Assembly: GCF_000143415.4 (NCBI RefSeq)
Contig: NW_003314386.1
Coordinates: forward strand, 367,579-431,578
Direction of reading: 5' to 3'
DNA: 64,000 bases
Source: Selaginella moellendorffii
Taxonomy: Eukaryota; Plantae; Lycopodiophyta
Below are positions 11,957 through 24,541 of the stretch, in pieces. The notes below the pieces were generated by a model. That model was not told the DNA's origin and did no database searches. It saw only the letters and a program-made list of their open reading frames with translations. Position 1 is the stretch's first letter. Each line of letters begins with the position of its first letter. A program made the position numbers and the translations under genes.

Positions 11957-14170
11957 ATGGCGAAAGTGACGCTAGATTCGCTGCCGCTGAAGCGAGTGCT
12001 CGCGCTCGAGGAGTCGGGAATCGAGCTCTATCCGCCGTAAGTCCGCTGTTGGAAGGGCTTTGCTTGATCGTTTGATTGTAGTGAATCTTCGCAAGACGAG
12101 AAGCCGTTGTCGCTACTCCAGAGCTTGGATTTCGAGCGGCCCGACGAGAAGGAAGCGAAGAAGAGCAAGAGCGGCAAGGATGGAGCGTCGCAGTGGCCGT
12201 GGCAGGGTCTCATCGAGCATTTCCATCAAGCAAGGGAAGAGCTTATGACGCTACTGGATTTCATAGCTCATGTAAGTTCGCTCCCATGGAATTTTTTTCT
12301 TTCTAATCTCTTCGATCCTCTAGGTGGAGAGCAATGAGGCGCTCACAGTGACCCATATGATGAAACCCAAGCCACTCCCAAACGAAGCTGGTGCTGATTT
12401 AGCGTTGCGAACGGCTTCAAAGTCTCGGAGTTACAAGGTGAGCTTTGTGAGTTTCTTTCGTTCTAGATCTTATGATAGTTTGTTCCAGGAAATTGCGAGT
12501 TATCTCAAGCGCAATGCCAAGTCTCTGGAGCGCCAAGTCGAAAGAGAATCGGTCTTTTATGGAGCTCTTATGCGGTACGCTGTGACTTGAAGATCATTCT
12601 CTCTGCGGTTTTGTTCTTTTAACATGCTTTTTTCTTTCTCAGTTTGCAAAGAAACTGGAAGATAAAACGCCAGCGTGGTGTCTCTGCGGGTCCTGGAGGA
12701 AAAGCTGGTTTTCTCATCGACTTGTCGTTTCCTCTATCTGTGGACCCGAGCTTGATATCTTCTTCGCGTACTGCTGCGTGGACATTGATCAAAGTGAACC
12801 AGGATGCAAATGGGCTGCTCTCCGTGCAAATCCCCGCTGGAAAAACTATCACAACCTTACAGGTTTATCTCAGTCGCGAGTTAGAAGAATACACGAGCAA
12901 ACAGCAGTTAGAGCAACCACCTCGGAGACGAGACAATCGAGACCCTGACGAGGGAACAAGCTCAGCAAACCATCGACTCCGAAATATCCAGCTATCAATA
13001 TTTGACGAGCTGGTATGCCTCAAGTTCTTGTAACTTTCTTTTAAACTCACCAGCGATCTTCGCTTGCAGATATTTGAATGCCTGTGTCGGGATGTTCTCC
13101 AACCTTCGTCGGCCACGAGCCTGCATGAGATTGGCGAATCGTCTCTAGATATTGGCGCGGGTCCTTCGATAGCGTCATTCTTCAGGCTTGTAGAGGACGA
13201 CGCTGCAAAAGATGCCACCTTGAAAGAAGTCGACGTCAAGAGGCTGCCTTTGGCAGGCAGCCTCAGAATTTATTTGCAGCAGGGATTCTACTCAATGTTG
13301 CTAGCAAGCATCGTACAAAGAAGCGCACCTGGGCCTAGAGCTGGGACTGGAAAGGAGGAGCCAGCGAACCTGCTGAAGAACTTTTCCGTCCTTGCTCGTC
13401 ACAGAAGCGCCGGCGACAAGATTGTTTCGCTTCTGGACACGCTGGTAAGTCCTAGTACCGACATCTGTTTGAAGATGGATGCTAAAGTTTGGTGTTTCAG
13501 GTTCTGCAAGTTCCACAGCTGTGGTTTCGATCTCATCCAACATGGCGGCCTTTCGTCTCGGCCTGGGATGTTTACTTCGACATCCCGGAAGCCATCATGA
13601 ATGGAGGTCAAATGAAACATCTGGAATGGAACGTGTTGGTTCGTGAAACCAGCGCTACATTCCAGTGCACGCTAGTTCTTCGCCAGGAGATTCTTTCGAT
13701 AGAGGGGCTTGATGGCTGCATGCCGTTGGGCGCGTCCGGACAAGAGTCAACTGGGATGAAAAGCTGCGTGTGCAGCGTCTCAGAGCTTCCATTTTTCCTG
13801 CTCACACAGGTAAAGGAAACAGCTTCCTTCATCTTTCACTCCTTCCCAGCGTCATCGTCTCTGACTTTGTTACTATTAGATCGCGGGGAAAGTCATCGGG
13901 TGGCTTGAAGAGGAGGCCGTGCTGCTGGGGCCGAGAGTGAAAAGAGATTTCCTGAGCATCGTCTTCAACATACAAAACAACGGGCTGGTATCGCTTGTGG
14001 CCGCTCCATCTGGTTACTGCATCAACTGGTGGTTGAGATTCTACTCTTTCGGGTCAGACGATACGGCTGCTGCTTCCGGGGCCAGTGCTCCAGCTAGTGA
14101 GAGGTTCCTGGGACCTCTGCCTCTGGAGACTCTGCGAGCAGTGGTGATGGATTTGGCCATAAATCTCTAG
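11957..14170 (+). CDS. MED17: Mediator complex subunit 17, multi-exon
   Basis: MAKVTLDSLPLKRV...WPWQGLIEH...KPKPLPNE...LERQVERESVFYGALMRLQRNWKIKRQR, typical of plant MED17; GT-AG introns. Confidence 0.85.
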
Positions 14171-16027
14171 GCACTGGTCCTGGCCTTGTCTTCGGCGAGG
14201 GAGGATGCAAAACTTGTCAAGGGGAGAGGGAACTTAACTTCGACAGTGATCTCCTCCAGGTACTTACTCAGCGACTTTTTTTATTTTTCCTTTCCTTGTT
14301 AAGACGTGCAACAACAGGCACAGCTGTTGTTGTGTGGTGCAATTACCTACGCGTACTAATCTGGATTTGTGTTTTGACCGTGGCGTAGGTACACAGAGTT
14401 ATTTTTGTTTCTCCTGCAAAGCTCAAGATCCATTGCTCCACGCAGCTCGCAGTGAGCAGGATCCCCTCCCAGTTCTTTTAAGACGAAGGAGAAAGGAGTT
14501 GAGGTATGGAACAAAGCTGGTTTTCTGAGAAACAGTGACTGTCATTGTTGTTTAGGGGACACCGACATGGCGATTCTCCCTTGGAGCGTACGTTTCAGTA
14601 ACTTGGATAAATCGGACAGATGCCCGTTGGACTCCTGCGTACGAGCAAAATGCCGTTGGTGGGTCAGGAAAGGAATGACATTACCCGACACGGAGTCCCA
14701 GAGGGGGAGGAAAGGAGAACAAAAGTTGTGGGAGGGGAAGCAAAAATGCAAATGCCGCGACTGGGCATTTTGGGCCGAGGAGGAGAAGGAACAGGAAACA
14801 GGGGGACATCAACATCAGCAGCAGTAGCAAGCACAACGCAACTGATTTCAATTGAAGCTCCCAAAACAAACGAGAGAGAGAGGATGGAGGAGGTTAGCTT
14901 TCTGTCCCAGTTGGAACATTTAAAAGGTGGAGTCAGAAGTTTTGAGGTGACCGGTTTTGTTGGGTCCTCTCTCCCTCTCTTTCTCACTCTCTTTCTCTCT
15001 GTGGGGTGACCCCATCAATGAGGCAAGCAAGCACGCTCTGTCCACACACACACGCGAGAGAAAGATTAAAAAACAAAATATAATCTAATTATTGTAGTAT
15101 TATACTATTCTATATAAAAAGTAGATTCCTTCATTCTTCTTCCACTTGGTGTTTTTTTCTTCTTTCCCCCACTGGAAATTGTGTTGCTATGTGAGCTTGC
15201 ATTCAAGGAAGACACAAAGTGGGGGAGCGAGACCACAAGAAACCGAGTGGCAGTTTTAGCGGTGGCAGAAATTTTGATCCCTTGGAAACCGATACAAACT
15301 GTGAAAACATGGGCCTATCAATTTGGTCCTCTTTTCATTGTTATCGACCCCAAAGCAGGACGAAAACAAACAAAAGAGAGCCTGTTTTTGTGGGTGGTAT
15401 AGTATTATCTTGTGTGCTCCACGAATTATGTGTGTGTTGATGTTGTCATTTCATTCAGAAACGAGGCAAGGCAGGTCCATTGACGCCGAGAGCAAAACGA
15501 CATGAGAAAAATCCGAAGGCAGTGATGGCGAGAGACATTTTGCCGAATTCTCTTAAAACAATGCTCTCTCGGGTACCCACCGGGACGTTGAAACCACCAT
15601 ATCTGCAGAGTTCCTGCTGTTTTTCATTCTTTTTATTTCCATAGCATCCACAAGCACAAAACCAAACCAAGAACATAAGGAACACAAGACATAACTCGTA
15701 CTTGTTTTCAAGGAAACCAAGAAGATGGTGAGGATAAGCAACAGAAATAACAAAAAGCTTAGGATCCCTGAGCACCCAAGCTTGATGATCCTTGTTCTTC
15801 TTCCAGTGGAAAGCCATGCATTCACATCAATCTCTACAGCTCTCCCACTGGCAGCAAACTTGAGGAGATGCACAATCCTCATGTAGCATTGCTGCACTCC
15901 TCTAAGTCTTGTCTGGTTGACACAATTCTAAATCTAGACCCAGGATCTTATGCTTGATCATAAGCTTCCAGCAACTTCGATCTTGATTGGTGTGGAAGAT
16001 CTTGGTTCCCTGCCCTGGCTGCATGAT

Positions 16028-16154
16028 CTAGCACATAACATCAGACAGTAGCTTGTATCGCCTGCCAATGCTCCTGTTACTGCTCAAGTGCTGCAGCTTA
16101 TCTTTTCTCAGGCCGCCATGGTGACCTTTGATCAGATTCTTGAAGCCATGATGC

Positions 16155-16185
<31 letters not shown>

Positions 16186-17292
16186 TCTGCTGGTGGTGAT
16201 GATGATCATTGTCATGATAATGATGAGGGTGATGATGATCGCCTCTTATACCAGCTTGCCCAGGCGTAGTGGTGGCCATCTTTTGCCTCTTGGGCGAGGG
16301 AGAGCTCGAGCTCGTCGTTACTGCAACTTGGAGCCGCCCGGAGCTGGACGGGCGATCGATGGAGCACTGCCCCGCAAGTGGATTCTTGATGGCATCCCCA
16401 CCCATGATCGTCTGATCCATGGCTCCATTATCTGCCGCCACTGTCTGGGCCACCTCGAGCAGCAGCTCCAGCGCATCCTTGTGGCCATGCTTGATCGAGC
16501 TCCTGGGGCTGCCAGCGCCAGTGGAGTTTCTTATCATCGCATCCTCGTCGCGCTTCTTTCCAGTGTCATTGCTGCCTTGGAGCTTGGTTCTGGTATCACG
16601 ATCGCTTTCATCCTTCCTGGGCCAATTCGTAGCTCCTGTTGCTGGACTCAACGATTCACCTATAAGCTGGCCGGCAACCTTCCTTTTGCTAGCGCCGCCA
16701 CCACCACCGATAATGCTGCTGCCACCGAGTTTTAACACTCCTCTCAATTTGGTGCTCGAGGTACCAGCGCTGCTACTGCCAGTGGAGGGATTTGGATCCT
16801 GAGAGCACCAATCGCAGATATCTTGGCTGGGACTGCCTGGATAGAATCGGCTGCAGTACCTGGTAATCGGTAAAGAAGACCAACAAGAAGAACGCGTCAA
16901 TACACTAGTCACAAGAGGAAAAATTCACGCACAAGGAATCTATCACTCAAGAATGGAAGAAGAACCAAAAAACAATTGGAGGAAGAACAATTCTCACGCA
17001 AGAAGAATGAGAATGAATCAAACCCATACGTGTGCTGGAATCGGTAGACGCATTTCCTACAACGGAAGAGCTCGCTGGAGAAACCGACATCGCCACACAT
17101 GCAGCATTCTTGTTCTTGCTCTTCTAGATCGCGAGAATGGCGATCGTCGCTGGCGCCAAAGCTATCCTTCCTGCCATGACCACGACAGGGATCGCGCCTC
17201 TTTGCTTCTCCCTCGCCCAGGCTGCTTATACTCGCCGATTGATTCAACCTGTTCTTGGCATTTGGGGCGAGGCTCATCGCCCCAGCCACCAT
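16028..17292 (-). CDS. Plant PHD-like zinc-binding protein (2 exons) with His/Gln tract
   Basis: ECCMCGDVGF..LFRCRKC..RFQHT|YCS..ICDWC and C-terminal RRYKLLSDVMC motif; ATG 17292, intron ~16859-17029. Confidence 0.85.
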
Positions 17293-17732
17293 GGCGCGGA
17301 GCTCTTGCACGCTGCGATCTAGCCCTCGCCGCGGTGAATCTGCGCGAAATATCGATCTATCGATCAATCGATATTACCCTCCCTGTGACTGCAGTGACCT
17401 CCTCTCACTCGCGATTCTTCGCTCCTCGCCGGGAGAGGAGGAGCTGCTCTCCCAGCTATGGCCGATGGTTCCCGCGGCGACCGCGAGCCCGCTGCCAAAT
17501 TCCGCGGATCTGCAGAGAACCAAGCAGCCAATTCGAGGGATCGCTGGATGAATCGATGGAGTGGAGCGCGAGATCGTGGCAAGAAGGCGAGGATCTTGAC
17601 GACGCGGCCGCTGGCGTGCGCGCCCCGGCAAAGAAAGAAAGAAGATGGCAAAGGGCGAGGGCAAAAACACACACACCCACACAGTGGGAGTTAAAACCAA
17701 AGTAGTAAAAAGAGGGGCAAAGAAATGTCATT

Positions 17733-17850
17733 GACACGTGGATCCACAACGACACGCGTCATGCACCCATTCGCCACCCGGTACACGCCACGTGGTGGTC
17801 CGGTCCATGTGATGGTCTTGCCATCAACGGTCGCAACCCCGCTACGTGTA
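17733..17850 (-). promoter_or_regulatory. ABRE/G-box and CE3-like cluster upstream of the PHD-like gene
   Basis: CACGTG at 17735 and 17789 (ACGTGTC and ACGTGGC on minus strand), ACGCGTGTC at 17751-17759, ACGTGT near 17844. Confidence 0.55.
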
Positions 17851-19410
17851 TGACCGGGCAGTATATTCGGGGCCAAAGGACGAATCCTATCTCCAAAGCG
17901 TCGTTTTCTTCCACGGACGACCCCACTCGCGATTCGTCGATCAAACGCAGTGCAAAGATTAGACTGAGCTTAACATTGGTACACAAATCAAACCTCCGCG
18001 ATCAAAATTGATTTTTTCCTTCTCTCTCTCTCTCTCTCTCACTTTCCCTGCCACAACTTTGTTAGCTACTCTACACAGGTAAGACGTTGACAAGAATACC
18101 TCCCAGTAGAATCCAGCTCTTGTTTGTTTTCCCGGCTGGCTTTGAAAGCAAACGCTCGGGGGCTGTCAATGCAAACCGCATGCATGACAGGGAAGATCAC
18201 ACCACAAGCGTGTTGGTGGAGGACCAAGTGTATCTTGCGTTCCACTCGACAGCACCTAGTTACAAATTCAAGCAAACGAGGCAACGATCAGTACTGGAGA
18301 GGAGGAACTTCCACAGTAAAATCGGTTGCTACATACCTGAAGCCCAAGCCGGGGAAAGAAAGTCGACGGAACAAACTTCTCCTGGAGCCAGATGTGGAGG
18401 AATATTAGCCGGAATGGAAATGAATAGACTATGCTTTCCTGTCTCGCGATGATAAAATAAGGAGTTGGAACAGCCCACTTCCTAGTTCTCGCAGTCTGTC
18501 CAAGGCCCAGCTACATGCCCACAGGGAGAAAAAGATATTAAAACACACACAACAAGGATGATAAGAGAATAAAAAACTATAAAAACACGAACCAGGAGGA
18601 CGTCTTTGTGTCATCTCCAGCTACAGTATCGCGTTGGTCTCAGCGGCCACCGGAAAGCAAATCAGCAAAACTATATTTTTTTGGATTAGCAACGGAGAGG
18701 AGAGGAGCTCCAGAGCCATCTCAATATCACGCTGGTACTTACTTGGCTTTATTTCGAAAACTTAGCAGCGGCAGCAGTAGCAGCAGCAGTGGCTCAGTCG
18801 CAGCAGCGAACCCCAGTCGAAAGCCTGTTGTAAATGCCATCCTCTTTCTTTCCCCTGACACACATACCAGCCACAAACAATGGCTGCTCAGCAGAAAGAC
18901 ATTGATCACAGCATTTTCCAGCAATTCTACTACTACCCGATGCCACTGTCCAAATCTCTTGAATGTGCGTGCTCCTCGTCGCTGCATAGAAGAAAAAAAA
19001 AACCGAAAAGAAAAACACACCACAATTTTTTTAAAAAAAAGAAATGGAAAACGACTGCAAACCTCGAGACAGCTTTGCGTTTTTGCTTCTCCCTTTTTTC
19101 TTTTACCGTTCAGTGGCATTCTATGAAAACTACAGCTTTTGGCAAGAACCTGTCCCCACTCGGTGCTCAGCATCATCACCTGCATGATGAAGACGTCTGG
19201 TTCCTTGGGCATCCAACAACACAGCTTCTACTCCCTAGTGGAGTTTTCCACTGCTTTAGTGGTGCTGCTGTAAAGCTAGCATATTGCGTCAATCCTGCAG
19301 CGCCAGTTACGTACAAGCCTCAGTATGGATCATCTCACAAATCTAAGCAGATCGTACCTGTGACTGCTTACACTGCTTTAAACCCGGTCGTCTGCGTTTT
19401 GTTCCGCTTG

Positions 19411-21126
19411 TCACGGTCTCGAGGTGCCCTCCGGCAGCGGCGACTCCTTTTGCTCGTCAAGGTACTTCATCATGAACAGGTGGTCGCCGTCTGGTTTCCT
19501 CTGGAACATCCGATAGTGCTTCTTCGCCAAAGTCACGCAGGGCCGATATGGATTCACGTAGCGCGCCATAAACTCCTTGTTGTCCATGTACAGCATCTGC
19601 GAAAGCTGCGGCTCGCGCGAGAGCTCGCCTCTGTCGTGGAGCAGCTTGAGAACCTCGTAACGGAGTTTTATCCTCCGCTCAAAGTGGCTGTAGAGGAAAG
19701 TCGGGTTTCCCAGCAGCGCCTGCGGTGATAATCCCATTACCTCCGTAAGATACTTCACTTTGGTCTCCAGTCCATCCTTGCTTATCTTCAGGATCCGCGG
19801 GTCCCTGGATATCATCTTTACCAAATCCTCGCCACTAAATCCCAGGCTTTGCAGGTACTTGAGGCGCGATTTCATGTGCCTGATGCCTTCCGCGACACCC
19901 CAGCACAAAGCCAGCACCATTCCATCCGGCCCCAGGTACGCTATATTTTTCAACAGCCTCGGAAGCTTCTCCTTGTTGTCAATCGCGAAGATGGCCGGCC
20001 TTTTGACAATCAGCTTCGAGAGTTTCTCTCCCGTGATCCCGGCACCTTCCAGAAACGCCACCGTAGGCTTCATCTTGTTCTCAACGCTGTGCGCCAGAAT
20101 AGCCGGGAAAGCAACCAATATCTGCCTCACGTTCCACGGCCTCAGTCCCAGTCCTTGGAGATAGCCGATCTTCTCGGAGAGGCTGTCAACGCTGTAGCCG
20201 ACTATGCTCGGACACCGTGCAAAGATACGAGCTATATCCGCCGGGTGGACCTTGTGGCTTCTCAAAAACTTGACTTTGGACTTCATCGTTTTGTTGAAGT
20301 CGAGAAGTAAAGCCTCCGGGTGGCTCTTGAGAATTCTCGAGATCTCAGGCTTCTCCAGATTCAGATCCAGCTGGAGATAATCCAGCGTCGTGATGTAGTC
20401 GATCTTCGGAAGCTCCAGTAGCAAAAAACCAAAATGCTTGATGAGTCGTCTCATCGCGGGCTCCTGGATCTCAAAGTCACGTAAAACTTGCAAGAATGGC
20501 TCCCAGTGGTCCTTGATGGATGGAGTGAAAATCCCGGGATAGCGCGAGCACAGCACCTGGAGTCCCTCGGCCACCACACCGTTTGTATGCAAGTACTGGA
20601 AGAGATTGAAAACCTCGGACGTGTTTGCCTCGAACAAGAACTTGTTCTTCTCGAGAAGATTTCCCACGGTCTTCCTCTCCACCTTGAGCTCTTCCAAGAA
20701 CGCCGTCACAGCGACGACGTGCTGGTATCTAGTCCTCATCACGGCCATCTTCTCCGGATCACCATCTCCCGGCAACTCCATCCCAATGCTCTCGTAGAAG
20801 AGCAAGACTTTGTCGACTCTCATCTTCGCGAGGTGGCCCTGGATCTTCTCCGCTATAATCTCAGCGCTGGAATTCTGCCCATGCGCGCTCTCGAAGGAAT
20901 CCAACACCTGTCTCGCGAAAGTCGACGCATTGCCCGCGATCGCCTGCGCTACCTCCGCCGGCATTTTCCTCTCCGAGTGGAGAAAACTTCCGAGCCCGTC
21001 CACCACAGCTCGCAGCCGCTCCTCCATGCTGGCCAAGGAACACATCCCCGCCCTAGAGATCCACCCGGCATTGTGGATCCTCACCCTGGAGGCGCCGGAC
21101 AGAGTAGAGAGCAATCGCAGCGCCAT
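19411..21126 (-). CDS. mTERF family protein, organelle-targeted, intronless CDS
   Basis: 571 aa with serial mTERF repeats (e.g. ILVAFPAILAHSVENKMKPTVAFL, FLYSHFERRIKLRY). Confidence 0.92.
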   Translation of the reverse strand: MALRLLSTLSGASRVRIHNAGWISRAGMCSLASMEERLRAVVDGLGSFLHSERKMPAEVAQAIAGNASTFARQVLDSFESAHGQNSSAEIIAEKIQGHLAKMRVDKVLLFYESIGMELPGDGDPEKMAVMRTRYQHVVAVTAFLEELKVERKTVGNLLEKNKFLFEANTSEVFNLFQYLHTNGVVAEGLQVLCSRYPGIFTPSIKDHWEPFLQVLRDFEIQEPAMRRLIKHFGFLLLELPKIDYITTLDYLQLDLNLEKPEISRILKSHPEALLLDFNKTMKSKVKFLRSHKVHPADIARIFARCPSIVGYSVDSLSEKIGYLQGLGLRPWNVRQILVAFPAILAHSVENKMKPTVAFLEGAGITGEKLSKLIVKRPAIFAIDNKEKLPRLLKNIAYLGPDGMVLALCWGVAEGIRHMKSRLKYLQSLGFSGEDLVKMISRDPRILKISKDGLETKVKYLTEVMGLSPQALLGNPTFLYSHFERRIKLRYEVLKLLHDRGELSREPQLSQMLYMDNKEFMARYVNPYRPCVTLAKKHYRMFQRKPDGDHLFMMKYLDEQKESPLPEGTSRP

Positions 21127-22569
21127 CGCGGTCGCGCTTACCTCTCCATCTTGCTTAAACCCTAAAATTCGAGCTCCATGTGTGCCCTAACTAGGGTTTT
21201 AAAATCAACGGTCACGAGAGAGTCTTCTCTGGATTCGGCTACGTCGTCACCATCGATACCTTGACAATCGAGAGGAGAACGTACCTTCCATTTTTTTAAC
21301 CTTGTCGTGGAGCTACAGGCCAACCCTTCGTGCCTCCATGCCACCCAATGCCAATCTGTCATATACGTGATTGCATTGGCAGCTATGGTTGGTGATGTGG
21401 CTCCATGATTGAATTTTAAACCCCAAAACCACCGCGCCAACCAAAATGGCCCAAATCAAAAGGCATGGAATGATCTCAAATAATAGATTCCGCGAACTAC
21501 TGTTTGGCTTGGCCCTCTTCTAGAAAGTTGGCGAGCATAGCAAAGGCAAGTGTGTTTCTAGGTGTCTAGGGCACACCATACCAGCTGCTGAGTGTGAGAT
21601 CTCACCAAGAGCCCTAAACTTTTTTTTTGCCGGTGGTGGAGTTGGGAGAACTGGCCCATTTGGGGCGCACGTCACCAATGTGGACGTTCTGCCTGTCATG
21701 ACGTCCTGGGTAGCGTCGTTTGCCCGGTGGTTTAAGTGTCAGGCCACGTTTGGCCGTTTGTGTTACCCGGCGGTAAAAGTGGTAAAGGTCCGGCGGCGGA
21801 CATTCCGTCACACTGGGGTGTCAGCAGACGAACATTCCGTCCGGCGGGAAATGGGGGAAAACGAGAGGTTTTACGCGGAGACGCTGGACATTCCGGCGTG
21901 GAATGGCCAGCGAAATGGACATGGGCATGAGCAGAGAGAGAAGGGGAGGGAGGAGCCTAGAAGGGAGGATTAGAAAAACGCGATGAATTGGGAGGAGAGA
22001 TCCCTTCTGGAGGTTGGCCAATTGGGCCCAAGCGACGATCCACGCGATCGCGACGCCATCGCCCATCCACACCATCACAAGTTTGAAGATTTCTCGCTCG
22101 CGATTGCGCCTGTTGGTGGAGGCGGTAGTAGTAGTCGTCACTGGTACAGAGGAGTAGTAATTAGAAGGAAAGGAGGAAGAATTGCGATGGAAGGAAGGCG
22201 CTAGCTGACCTGAGAGGAATGATGGTGAGCGAGTAGAAGAGTGAGTGCCTTGGAAATCCAAGCTAGCTTCTCCTTCTCCTTCTCTTCTCCTTGTTCTTGG
22301 GGAATTCGCTGGAATTCGAGCTTCGATCCCGCATTCCAGATCGCCCACCAAAGGATCCAGCATTCAAAACTCGCCAGGGACGCGGAATTCGCGCCGTGTT
22401 TCCTCGAGCACTCTTTCGGCTGCTCTGCAAAGCTGTGGCTTTCCTTTTGACGCCCAAAAATCTGGAACAGGACGAAAAGAATGAGGAGCTTTTCAAAAGC
22501 TGGATGATCTGAAAAGGAGGAAAAGAGAGCAGGAAAATCGAAAGAAGAGAGGAATTTGTCTCGCTCACC

Positions 22570-24541
22570 ATGCCAAGTCTGATCTCAATCGCCGCTCCAC
22601 AGGTGGATGAATTCATCACCTCCCCGAAGAAGCTCAAAGCCGCGGCAATTCGGCACAGCAGGAACTCCCGGTTGTGGAGAAGGATTCAAAGCACCACGCT
22701 GTGGCTCTTCCTCATCGTCAGCTTCACGCTCTTGACCATGATCAAGTCGGTCGTCATCTGGCATCCGGGAAACCTCCTCAAAAATCCATGTCAAACGGTA
22801 AGAACCATCTATGGAATTCACCGGCGATTGATCACGGAGAACCTCAACCTCGATCTCGCGAGCCACCGGCGGCCTCAGCAGCAATTGCCGCTGATGATCC
22901 TCCCTCTCAAGCCGCACGAATTGCCCAAGAACTTGAGCGATTCGGAGAGGGAGTTTTGGAAGCAGCCCAACGATCTCGGGTACCGACCGTGCCTGGAGAT
23001 CAGCAAGGAATATGCTCAGGCATCTAGCGCGATCATCCGGCAGAGGAGGAAGTATCTCATGGTGGTCGTGAACGGAGGATTGAATCAACAGAGGAACCAG
23101 ATCGTCGACGCCGTGCTCATCGCCAGGATTCTCGAGGCCGCGCTTGTGATTCCAGTGCTGCAAGTCAACCAGATTTGGGGCGATGAGAGGTAGGCGCTAG
23201 CAAAAAATCTTTGACAAAATTTCCCACCAAAGAAGCTTTTCCATCGCAGCGAATTCTCGGAGATATTCGATGTGGAGCACTTCAAGAGGATCTTGAGAGA
23301 CGACATCAGGATCGTCTCGTCGCTCCCATCTACGCACGTCGTGGCGAGGCCAGCGGTGGAGAGCAATATGCCGCTACACGCAAGCCCTGACTGGATTAAA
23401 TCGCACTACACCCGAAAGGTAGGCCAAATTCAAGCCAAGAAATCGATGCTTGGATGTTTACCGATCGACATTTTCCAGCTCCGCCGCGACGGCGTGCTGC
23501 TGCTACGCGGAATGGACTCGCGCCTTTCCCATGATCTCCCGTCCGACCTCCAGAAGCTCAAATGCAAGGTAAGAGCCCTAACCCTAGAAACGAGAATTCT
23601 GGCGGGAGCTTTAAATTTGAAACCTTTTAGGCGGCATTCCATGCGCTGAGATTCGCGCCGTCGCTGCAAGCTCTCGGGGAGAAGCTCGCGAGGAGGATGT
23701 GGGAAGAAGGGCCTTTCGTGGCGCTCCATTTGAGGCTGGAGAAGGATGTGTGGGTGAGAACTGGATGCCTGCCGGGATTGAGCGCTGAATTGGACGAAGA
23801 AATCCGGATCGCCAGGATCAAAAGCCCCCAATTGCTCACCTCGCGATCCAACATGACTTTCGAGGAGCGACGTAAGCAGGGACTCTGTCCCCTCACTGCG
23901 CATGAGATCGCAAGGTAATAGGAAAAGTACGATTTCAATTGATCGATCAATTGCGATGGCAGGACATTGAGAGCACTGGGGGCGAATTCAAGGACTCGGG
24001 TATTCTGGGCTGGAGGAGAGGCATTTGGAGGATCTAAATCGCTGGAGCCACTGAGGGCAGAGTTCCCGCTTCTCTACGACAAATTCTCCATTGCTGAGCC
24101 ATGGGAGATGGAGCCATTCAGGGAAAAAGCTTCGAGCTTGGCCGCGATTGATTATATCATCACCCTCAACAGTGATGTCTTCATCCCCTCCCATGGTGGA
24201 AACATGGGCCACGCTCTCCGGGTAAGCAAAAACAAGGTTTTAGTTCTCTCCAAAGTTCTTCAAAAACATGATCTCACAAAATTTCTCTTGACTGCCAGGG
24301 TCATCGAGCATACGTTGGTCATCGCAAGTACATCACGCCACAAAAGAGAGATTTGATCCAGCTGTTTCTCAATTCAAGCTCCATGCGCGAGGAAGAGATA
24401 AATGATGAGATCAAGAGGCTCCACTCTGAGGCCAATGGAAGACCCCAGCTTAGAATGGAGAAACCAACTAGGGATGTGCTCGGTTACCCTGTACCTGAGT
24501 GTATGTGCCGCTCATCAAGAACTTGGCATGCTGTTGTTTAG
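22570..24541 (+). CDS. O-fucosyltransferase-family (DUF246/GT106) Golgi glycosyltransferase, multi-exon
   Basis: Type II TM anchor, VNGGLNQQRNQIVDAV, PFVALHLRLEKD, CPLT, AAIDY, GGNMGHAL, PVPECMC. Confidence 0.92.

Noticed and set aside
16953-17705. 250-aa plus-strand ORF; also the 282-aa ORF at 18880-19728
   Set aside because: No recognisable motifs; antisense to a real gene or UTR
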